Assembly: GCA_024695065.1 (NCBI GenBank)
Contig: JAILIX010000074.1
Location: 24,459 to 48,458 of the forward strand
Length of the DNA stretch: 24,000 bases
Source: Fretibacterium sp.
Lineage (GTDB): Bacteria; Synergistota; Synergistia; Synergistales; Aminobacteriaceae
Direction of reading: 5' to 3'
The notes below the pieces were generated by a model that searched no databases, was not told where the DNA came from, and saw nothing but the letters and a program-made list of their open reading frames with translations. Within the stretch, counting starts at the first letter, position 1. Every line of letters starts with the position of its first letter. Both the position numbers and the translations under genes were made by a program. This document shows, piece by piece, positions 8,498 to 15,325 of the stretch.

Positions 8498-9115
8498 ATG
8501 AGAAAGTTTTTCACGCTCTTTTCATGCGCTGTGTTGGGGGTTTTGATGGCGGGAGCGGCCGCTTTTGCGGATGCCAAGATCCCCATCGTGCAGTATCAGT
8601 GTCTGGTCTGCGACAAGTATTTCTATGGATTTGACGGCGACCCGCTGGACTCTGAGGAGCTCAACGACCCCGATGTCCAGCTCAAACGGGTCTTTCAGCT
8701 CGAAAACCGCGGCAAGAATCTGGATCCCTGCCGCGGCGATTTCAAGGCTCATGTGTTTGACAGGATTGCTGTTTCGTCCAGGCCTGTGAGCGAAGTTGTC
8801 AGGAATATGTCACGAATCGCCGTGCTCAAGGATGGCCCCAAACTGAGGGGGGTTACCATTTCGGAATGGTCGTGCATGGCCCCGGACTGCCTTAAGTCCA
8901 ATATGTTCACACTGAACGACGATAACCTGATGATCACAGACTGGGAGCAGCAGACCGACAAGATATTCAACCTGAAGGGCGAGAAGATCTCCAAATGCAA
9001 GTCGCGCTATATCCCCGGGCACGCTTTCTGGCGCAATCTGTCGAAAAAGTCTTCCCCTGTGACATCCTACGAGATTGCCCAGCGCATCTATGATATCTAC
9101 TATGTCAAGAGGTAA
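8498..9115 (+). CDS. Exported protein, paralogue B, with two Cx2-4C...C-x7-H modules (unknown family)
   Basis: Signal peptide 'VLGVLMAGAAAFA/DA'. Modules are 'YQCLVCDKYF...DPCRGDFKAHVF' and 'WSCMAPDCLKSNMF...SKCKSRYIPGHAF'. It is collinear with paralogue A along its whole length (e.g. QLKRVFQ, ENRGKN, DWE.Q, FNLKG, SYE). Confidence 0.75.
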   Translation: MRKFFTLFSCAVLGVLMAGAAAFADAKIPIVQYQCLVCDKYFYGFDGDPLDSEELNDPDVQLKRVFQLENRGKNLDPCRGDFKAHVFDRIAVSSRPVSEVVRNMSRIAVLKDGPKLRGVTISEWSCMAPDCLKSNMFTLNDDNLMITDWEQQTDKIFNLKGEKISKCKSRYIPGHAFWRNLSKKSSPVTSYEIAQRIYDIYYVKR

Positions 9116-9127
9116 GGAGGAAACGCG

Positions 9128-9883
9128 ATGAAAAAGATCAGCATTCGCAAAGCCGTCGCTGCCGTCCTGCTGGTGCTTCTGGGCTGCTCCGCGGCGTGGG
9201 CCCGACTGCCCAGAACCTACAGGGAGTTCAAGGCGCGCTACAAGACCGAGGCCAAAACACTGGAGGGGGCGGTGAAGCTGTACTTTGAGGGCGTGTTCGC
9301 CTTCATCAACCCGGATACCCGGGCCGAGGCAGGGAAGATGCTGCGCTACGTCCTGCACTACAGCATGCCTGTCGAAAAGTCCAGGGACCTCGCGACGTTT
9401 GTTGAGCGGATGAAGGACCCGGATTACAACTTCTGTTTCCGAAGCTACGCTGAGGGCGCGGAGCCTGGAAACGACTATAAGATGAATCCTGACAACTTCA
9501 GTGTTCGCTTTGACGGCAAGCCCATTAGAGACCCCGGCGGCTACCTTCGGGTCCCTCTGAGGAGTTCCGGGGCTGACAGCGCGCGCATTATCTGGGTGAA
9601 GAAGTTTGAAGACGGACTGTGGTACGTCATCAACAACGCATCCACCTATGTACAGGTGCGCGAACCGAAGACGGAGATGATACGCCGCAGCCACGCCCAC
9701 GACGCGGACTATGATGAGCCGGAACCGGAACCGGAGCCTGAACCGGAACCAAAGCTGGAACCTGAACCGAAACTGGACCCCGAACAGCCGCAGAACGGCG
9801 GAGAGTCCGGCTCGCAGAGCGGGGTTCCTGCCGCGGAGAAGCCGGTGAATGTCCCGGAGCCGGAACCGGTGCCGTGGGATTAG
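9128..9883 (+). CDS. Putative lipoprotein with C-terminal (EP)n / EPK low-complexity tail
   Basis: TAAGGAGG RBS. Lipobox 'LLVLLG|CSA'. A globular region of about 190 aa is followed by 'DEPEPEPEPEPEPKLEPEPKLDPEQP...VPEPEPVPWD'. Confidence 0.75.
   Translation: MKKISIRKAVAAVLLVLLGCSAAWARLPRTYREFKARYKTEAKTLEGAVKLYFEGVFAFINPDTRAEAGKMLRYVLHYSMPVEKSRDLATFVERMKDPDYNFCFRSYAEGAEPGNDYKMNPDNFSVRFDGKPIRDPGGYLRVPLRSSGADSARIIWVKKFEDGLWYVINNASTYVQVREPKTEMIRRSHAHDADYDEPEPEPEPEPEPKLEPEPKLDPEQPQNGGESGSQSGVPAAEKPVNVPEPEPVPWD
9716..9790 (+). repeat. Tandem GAR-CCN hexanucleotide repeat encoding (EP)6-KL-(EP)2-KL-DPEQP
   Basis: Read directly: gagccg gaaccg gaaccg gagcct gaaccg gaacca aagctg gaacct gaaccg aaactg gacccc gaacagccg. 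Confidence 0.9.
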
Positions 9884-9920
9884 GTTGGGATTAGGTATGG
9901 ATAAGCGGGGAGGAAGGGTC

Positions 9921-10646
9921 ATGAGAAAGTTTTTAGCGCTGCTGTCAGTTGCACTTCTGGCGTTTCCTGCGATGGCCGCGACGCCGAAGGTGTGGTACGA
10001 CACGGATGGGGTGAACGTGTGGCGGGGGGAAAAAAATGGCCGGGAGATGACCGATATTGAGCCGAATAAGGTTTTCGGCTCAGATTACTGCTGGTTCGTG
10101 GCGGACTCAGCGGTGTGGCTCTCCAACCTCGGAGATAATGAGGCCGCGCCCATCTGGATCCCCCTCAAAAAGGGCGAAATCTGCCAGGAAATTGAGATGG
10201 ATCCGGAGCAAACCCTTGTGTTTCTGTGCCTGACCACCAAAAAAACTGAGACGATTGCGATTTTTGACCTTGAAGGCAATCGCCTGGCGGAAACGCCGGG
10301 GGTTATGGGCATGGGCGGCTACACCCTTGAGTGGATAGACCCATACCGCTGTCTGTTCACCTACAGTGTGCCGGGCACGCAGCGGGGCAAAAGGTCCGGG
10401 CTTTGGCGCGGGGCCGCGGTGATGGAGCTGTTCGGCAAGGGCGGTGAGGACTTTGAGATTTTAGTGACGCCTGTGGCGGAGCCTACAGCTACAGAGAATT
10501 ACCGTGCGTTTGGCGTTGCCGGAGATGAGTGTGTCGTCATCAAATACACGGTCAAGTCCCCCAAAGAGTGGGAGCAACTGGATGACGGCGCTGAGGAGGC
10601 GGGACAATCCGAGGAGATCCGCATCCCGGTCCCGGCTGCGGGTTAA
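9921..10646 (+). CDS. Exported hypothetical protein
   Basis: The ATG at 9921 follows GGAGGAAGGG and gives 'MRKFLALLSVALLAFPAMA/ATP', a signal peptide. The track start at 9849 overlaps the preceding gene and encodes an Arg-rich non-signal leader. I recognise no family. Confidence 0.65.
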   Translation: MRKFLALLSVALLAFPAMAATPKVWYDTDGVNVWRGEKNGREMTDIEPNKVFGSDYCWFVADSAVWLSNLGDNEAAPIWIPLKKGEICQEIEMDPEQTLVFLCLTTKKTETIAIFDLEGNRLAETPGVMGMGGYTLEWIDPYRCLFTYSVPGTQRGKRSGLWRGAAVMELFGKGGEDFEILVTPVAEPTATENYRAFGVAGDECVVIKYTVKSPKEWEQLDDGAEEAGQSEEIRIPVPAAG

Positions 10647-10664
10647 GCCTCACGAGGCGTATCC

Positions 10665-11135
10665 ATGAGACGCTTTATAATTGCAGTGATGGCGTTGGCT
10701 TTGAGTATTGGGACCGCATTTGCGGACATTCCGGATCCCTCCATCTTCAGCCGCCGGGACCCTGCGGATTTGCCGGAGGTCAAAGCAACGGCGTCCATGA
10801 AAGTGGAACCGGTGAAGGAGCAGAAGAATATTTTGCGACTCAGGCTGACCATGACAGGGGCGGGGCATTACACCTTCTCCGTCAGAGAGGAAGCCGGAGA
10901 GCACGCTGTATGTTCCGGTCAGGGTGACAGTGAAGAGCCCGGCAAAGAGCTGGAGGCGCTGTTTCCCCACAGAGAGATCAGCGGAGACATGAAGGCCCGG
11001 TATATTGCGGAGGCGACATTTGTTCCTCTGAACAGTCCCGGATCTGTGCAGGTTATCCGGCAGGTCCTTGCTGTGTGTCTCATCAATGGCTCCATTGCCG
11101 TTACTGAGGAACTGGATGCGCCGGAGATTATTTGA
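10665..11135 (+). CDS. Small exported hypothetical protein
   Basis: Signal peptide 'MRRFIIAVMALALSIGTAFA/DIP'. It lies 18 nt after the preceding stop. I recognise no family. Confidence 0.6.
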   Translation: MRRFIIAVMALALSIGTAFADIPDPSIFSRRDPADLPEVKATASMKVEPVKEQKNILRLRLTMTGAGHYTFSVREEAGEHAVCSGQGDSEEPGKELEALFPHREISGDMKARYIAEATFVPLNSPGSVQVIRQVLAVCLINGSIAVTEELDAPEII

Positions 11136-11147
11136 CGGAAAACCCTG

Positions 11148-12155
11148 ATGCTCATTCTGTGTACGCTGCTGCATCTGGCCGTTGACGGCGTATGCGGGGC
11201 GGCTCTGGCGGCCTACGCTGTGGAGGAGCCGGATTATGCCAGTATTGTTTATTACTTTCATCTTTACAGCCTGATCGCTTTCGGGTTTCAGTGGATTGCC
11301 GGCTGGGCTCTGGACAGAAAGATGAGCCGGATTTTGCCCGGGCTCGCTCTCGTTCCCATTTTGCTGGGGCTGGGAGCGCTGCCCGGTTTTGGTATTCTCT
11401 CTCAATCCGTTCTCCTGGGTGCTGGGAACTGCCTCTTTCACGTGGCGGCTGGAATACTGGTTCTGCGGCGTTATCCCGGCTACAGGGAGCCCGGTGTTTT
11501 TGTCTCCGGCGGCGCGATTGGCCTTGGACTGGGGCTCAGCCGGTTTTGCGGAACGGCGGTCTTCCTGTGCATCTGTGCCGCGGCGACGGCGGTTCTGCTT
11601 TTCCGCGGGATAAGCAGCAGCTTAAAGATTGAGGCAGCAGAAATACACGATCATGAAACAGAAACGTTCCGCGCTGCGCCGTGGATTTCGGCGGGGGCGG
11701 CGGTGCTGCTCCTCCTCTGTGTCACCCTGCGGGGCTTCAGCGGGGGCAGCGGCGCTTCATGCCACGTGATGTTTTTCCCCTGTGTGTTTGCCGCCGGCAA
11801 GGCGTTGGGCGGCGTCTGCTGTGACGCGATAGGCTGGCGCAGAACGACAGCGTTTATCTTCATTCTGAGCTTTGCAGCGCTGGAAATGATGTCTCTGTCA
11901 TTGTCTGCGGCATGGACGTGGCTCCCTGCCGCGCTGCTTGCTTTCGCGTCCAACATGACTATGCCTCTGACGCTGCGCCTGCTCCATGGATGTTGTCTGG
12001 CCTGTCCGGGGCTGATGTTCGGACTTGCGGCGGGGTGTCTGCTTCCAGGGACGTTCTGGCGTGAGTCATTTTCGATTTTGCCTCAGGGGATGATTGTGAT
12101 TCAATTCCTGAGCCTGTTCCTGGCCGGATCGGCTGTCCGGCGTACTGAGGCGTAG
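11148..12155 (+). CDS. Cys-rich polytopic membrane protein (unknown family)
   Basis: The product is almost entirely hydrophobic segments, roughly 9-10 helices by eye. It has 15 Cys in 335 aa, including 'GGVCCD' and 'HGCCLAC'. It starts 12 nt after the preceding stop with a weak RBS. Confidence 0.6.
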   Translation: MLILCTLLHLAVDGVCGAALAAYAVEEPDYASIVYYFHLYSLIAFGFQWIAGWALDRKMSRILPGLALVPILLGLGALPGFGILSQSVLLGAGNCLFHVAAGILVLRRYPGYREPGVFVSGGAIGLGLGLSRFCGTAVFLCICAAATAVLLFRGISSSLKIEAAEIHDHETETFRAAPWISAGAAVLLLLCVTLRGFSGGSGASCHVMFFPCVFAAGKALGGVCCDAIGWRRTTAFIFILSFAALEMMSLSLSAAWTWLPAALLAFASNMTMPLTLRLLHGCCLACPGLMFGLAAGCLLPGTFWRESFSILPQGMIVIQFLSLFLAGSAVRRTEA

Positions 12156-12162
12156 AAGCACA

Positions 12163-12510
12163 GTGGAGACGGCGCGTTGGAGTACAGCCCTGCTCACAGC
12201 AGCAATTGAGACGCCCCTGTTTTATCTGTTCGGATGCCGCCAGGTTGGGGACTGTCTCTGGTTCGCCCTGATCAATGTCATGAGCAATCTTCTGCTGAAC
12301 GATACGCTGCGGGTGGCTCCCCTTGAATCTTGCTTCTGGGGAATCCTGCTGTCGGGTGAGTTGGTGGCTGTCGTTCTGGAATTCGCCCTGTGCCGCTGCC
12401 TCCTGTCTTCCGTCCGGTGTTCCGGCGGCGGAAAACTTTTTCTTGTGGTCCTGAGTACCAATCTTGCCAGTTTCCTTTGCGGGGTCATTTGGGGGCTCTT
12501 ATTGACCTGA
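12163..12510 (+). CDS. Small membrane protein (unknown family)
   Basis: GTG start 7 nt after the preceding stop. Three to four hydrophobic segments and 7 Cys in 115 aa. Confidence 0.45.
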   Translation: METARWSTALLTAAIETPLFYLFGCRQVGDCLWFALINVMSNLLLNDTLRVAPLESCFWGILLSGELVAVVLEFALCRCLLSSVRCSGGGKLFLVVLSTNLASFLCGVIWGLLLT

Positions 12511-12539
12511 CGGGGGTTGAACATTTGTGCAAATGGGTG

Positions 12540-12568
12540 TGGATATCTCTGAACTTTAGGTGTATAAT
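12540..12568 (+). promoter_or_regulatory. Candidate sigma70-type promoter for the mgl operon
   Basis: TGGATA (12540-12545), a 17-nt spacer, then a perfect TATAAT (12563-12568), about 125 nt upstream of the mglB start. Confidence 0.4.
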
Positions 12569-12694
12569 CAAAAAGTCTTTTGTGTATATTCAATTTTTGG
12601 GAAGCAAGCTGTCGCTGGAGGCTTATGCTGTTGAGTCCCTGTGCGGCGGTGAGAGCCCCCGAAGGGGGAAAATCATAATGTGGGAGGTTTTATT

Positions 12695-13705
12695 GTGAAG
12701 CGTGTATTTGCATTGGCGGCAGTTCTGGCGGTTGTGTTTGCGGGAGCGGCACTGGCGACGGAGGTCTATGTGGGGTCGTGCATTTACAAGTTTGACGACA
12801 CCTTTATGACCGGTGTCCGCAACGCCATGAAGGCGGAGATGGACGCTCAGGGAGGCACGCTGGAGATCGTGGATTCCCAGAGCCGTCAGCCCCTTCAGAA
12901 CGATCAGGTAGATACCTATATTACGAAGGGCGCGAACGCACTCATCGTCAACCCGGTGGACCGCACGGCATCCCTTCCCCTGATGGAGAAGGCCAAGGCC
13001 GAGGGGATTCCTATCATCTTCATCAACCGTGAGCCCGACCCTGAGGTCATGAAAGCCTACGACAAGGTCTGGTACGACGGCGCGAAGGCTGAGGAGTCCG
13101 GAACTCAGTCCGGTGAGATTATCGCGGACTACTTCAAGGCGAATCCCGGCGCGGACAAGAACAAGGACGGCAAGATTCAGTACATCATGCTCCGCGGCGA
13201 GCAGGGACACCAGGACGCCGTTCTCCGCACGGAGTACTCCGTCAAGGCCCTCAAGGCCGCCGGCTTTGGTCTGGTGGAGCTGGGCAGCGACACCGCCAAC
13301 TGGGACAAGGTGCAGGCCACCGATAAGATGAAGGGCTTCATCTCCGCCGCCGGCATCGAGAACATTGAGGCCGTTCTGGCAAACAATGATGACATGGCTC
13401 TGGGCGCCATCGAGGCCCTGAAGGCTGAGGGCTACAACACGGGCGATCCCGCGAAGTTCATCCCCGTCGTCGGCGTTGACGCCACTGCCCCTGCCCTTGA
13501 AGCCATGAAGGACGGCTCCCTGCTGGGCACCGTGCTGAACGACGCAGACAACCAGGGCCGCGCCGCTGTGCGCGTTGCTGTGGCTGCCGCTGAGGGCAAG
13601 CCCGTCACCAGGGAGACTGTGGGCTATGAGATTACCGACGGCAAGTACGTCTGGGTCCCCTATCAGAAGGTGACGAAGGAGAACTATCAGCAGTTCATGA
13701 AATAG
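12695..13705 (+). CDS. mglB: Galactose/glucose ABC transporter periplasmic binding protein
   Basis: I prefer the GTG at 12695 (MKRVFALAAVLAVVFAGAALA, a signal peptide) with GGGAGG 7 nt upstream. The mature protein is MglB-like: 'IYKFDDTFM..VR', 'ALIVNPVD', 'IPIIFINREP', 'ANNDDMALGAIEALKA'. Confidence 0.9.
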   Translation: MKRVFALAAVLAVVFAGAALATEVYVGSCIYKFDDTFMTGVRNAMKAEMDAQGGTLEIVDSQSRQPLQNDQVDTYITKGANALIVNPVDRTASLPLMEKAKAEGIPIIFINREPDPEVMKAYDKVWYDGAKAEESGTQSGEIIADYFKANPGADKNKDGKIQYIMLRGEQGHQDAVLRTEYSVKALKAAGFGLVELGSDTANWDKVQATDKMKGFISAAGIENIEAVLANNDDMALGAIEALKAEGYNTGDPAKFIPVVGVDATAPALEAMKDGSLLGTVLNDADNQGRAAVRVAVAAAEGKPVTRETVGYEITDGKYVWVPYQKVTKENYQQFMK

Positions 13706-13718
13706 CCTCGCGGACATT

Positions 13719-13749
13719 CCCCCCGGCCTCCGAGGCTGGGGGGCTTTTT
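13719..13749 (+). terminator. Intrinsic terminator/attenuator between mglB and mglA
   Basis: CCCCCCGGCC-tccga-GGCTGGGGGG forms a 10-bp stem with one G-U pair, followed by CTTTTTG. It starts 14 nt after the mglB stop. Confidence 0.8.
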
Positions 13750-13770
13750 GCATTATGAAGGGAGGATAAG

Positions 13771-15306
13771 ATGAGCGAGTACGTCCTTGAAATGCGCAAT
13801 ATCACAAAGACCTTCCCTGGTGTGAAGGCTTTGGACAACGTTCAGCTCAAGGTGCGGCCGGGGACCGTCCATGCCCTGATGGGGGAGAACGGGGCCGGTA
13901 AATCTACGCTGATGAAGTGTCTTTTTGGGATTTACCGCCAGGACAGCGGCGAGGTTTTACTGGACGGCAATCCTGTTAAGATTAACTCCGCGCGCGAGGC
14001 TATGGATAATGGCATAGCCATGATTCACCAGGAACTTCACCCCATACGCTTCCGTTCCGTCATGGAGAACGTCTGGCTGGGGCGTTTTCCCGGCTTGATG
14101 GGCGTCGTGGACCACAAGGCCATGTACGACAAGACGAAGGAGCTCTTTGAAGATCTGGGGCTTTCTGTGGATCCTCTGGCGCTGGCCGGGGAACAGTCCG
14201 CGGCTATCCTTCAGATGATGGAGATTGCCCGCGCCGTCAGCATCAACGCAAAAATAATCATCATGGACGAGCCCACGTCGTCGCTGTCCGACCGCGAGGT
14301 GGACTTCCTCTTCAGGATTATCAGCCGCCTCCGCGAAGAGGGCCGTGCCATCATTTACATTTCGCACAAGATGAAGGAGATTCTGCAGATTGCCGATGAG
14401 GTGTCCATCATGCGCGATGGACAGTACGTCGGCACGTGGCCGGCCCTGGGCCTGACCACAGAGGAGATCATCAGGCAGATGGTGGGCCGGGAAATGACCA
14501 ATCAGTTCCCCCCGCGCACTGGTGCTCCGTCCGATGAAATCGTTCTGAGCGTGCGGAACCTTTCCTCGCCGCTGAAGAAATCCTTCCAGGATGTGTCCTT
14601 TGACCTGCGCAAGGGCGAAATCCTGGGGATTGGCGGACTGGTGGGGGCTCAGAGGACAGAGTTTGTCGAGGCGCTGTTCGGCCTGCGCAGCATTGAGTCC
14701 GGTGCTGTCACCAAGGATGGAAAAGCGTACAGGGCCCGGTCCCCCCGGGATGCCAAGGCCCACGGCTTTGCCCTTCTCACGGAGGAGCGCCGCGCCACAG
14801 GCATTTTCGGCATTCTCCCCATTCTGGAGAACACGGTCATTGCCAACCAGAAGAATTATGCCCGTATGGGCGTGCTGGACGAGCGCAGACGCGTGAGGGA
14901 GGCCGATGCGGGCTGCAAGGGGCTGAACGTCAAGACCCCGTCGCTTAATACCCTCATACAGGACCTTTCCGGCGGCAACCAGCAAAAGGTCCTTATAGCC
15001 CGGTGGCTGCTGACGAACTCTGACATCCTCATCCTCGACGAGCCTACCCGTGGAATTGATGTCGGTGCAAAATATGAAATCTACAACATCATGCTCCAGC
15101 AGGTCAATCAGGGCAAGTCCATCATCATGATTTCCTCGGAAATGCCGGAGCTGATGGGTATGTCCGACCGTATTGTGGTGATGTGTGAGGGCCGCGTGAC
15201 GGGTATCCTGGAGAAAGGGCAGTACAGCCAGGAGGAGATCATGCGCCTGGCTACAATGTTTGCCGGCCCCCGCAAGAATGCGGAAGACCACCCGGCGGCG
15301 GACTGA
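13771..15306 (+). CDS. mglA: Galactose/methyl-galactoside ABC transporter ATP-binding protein (duplicated ABC domains)
   Basis: Walker A 'GENGAGKST', signature-like 'LSGGNQQK', Walker B 'ILILDEPT'. The 511-aa length and position after mglB fit. GGGAGG RBS. Confidence 0.92.
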   Translation: MSEYVLEMRNITKTFPGVKALDNVQLKVRPGTVHALMGENGAGKSTLMKCLFGIYRQDSGEVLLDGNPVKINSAREAMDNGIAMIHQELHPIRFRSVMENVWLGRFPGLMGVVDHKAMYDKTKELFEDLGLSVDPLALAGEQSAAILQMMEIARAVSINAKIIIMDEPTSSLSDREVDFLFRIISRLREEGRAIIYISHKMKEILQIADEVSIMRDGQYVGTWPALGLTTEEIIRQMVGREMTNQFPPRTGAPSDEIVLSVRNLSSPLKKSFQDVSFDLRKGEILGIGGLVGAQRTEFVEALFGLRSIESGAVTKDGKAYRARSPRDAKAHGFALLTEERRATGIFGILPILENTVIANQKNYARMGVLDERRRVREADAGCKGLNVKTPSLNTLIQDLSGGNQQKVLIARWLLTNSDILILDEPTRGIDVGAKYEIYNIMLQQVNQGKSIIMISSEMPELMGMSDRIVVMCEGRVTGILEKGQYSQEEIMRLATMFAGPRKNAEDHPAAD

Positions 15307-15325
15307 ATAAAGGAGGACTCAATCA

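Noticed and set aside
8810-10003. 397-aa minus-strand ORF with an 'RFRFRLRFRF' repeat
   Set aside because: It is antisense to two plus-strand genes that have signal peptides and RBSs. Its repeat is simply the reverse complement of the (EP)n-coding hexanucleotide repeat.
10650-11441. 263-aa minus-strand ORF
   Set aside because: It is antisense to the 10665 and 11148 plus-strand ORFs, which fit the operon spacing. It has no signal, RBS or motif.
12656-12668. CCCCC-gaa-GGGGG hairpin in the mglB leader, considered as a terminator
   Set aside because: It is followed by AAAATC on the plus strand and is not followed by a U-tract on either strand. It is more likely a leader stem-loop of unknown or no significance.
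12623-15291. Long minus-strand ORFs (12623-13753 and 13957-15291)
   Set aside because: They are antisense to mglB and mglA, which carry unmistakable family motifs, so they are shadow ORFs.
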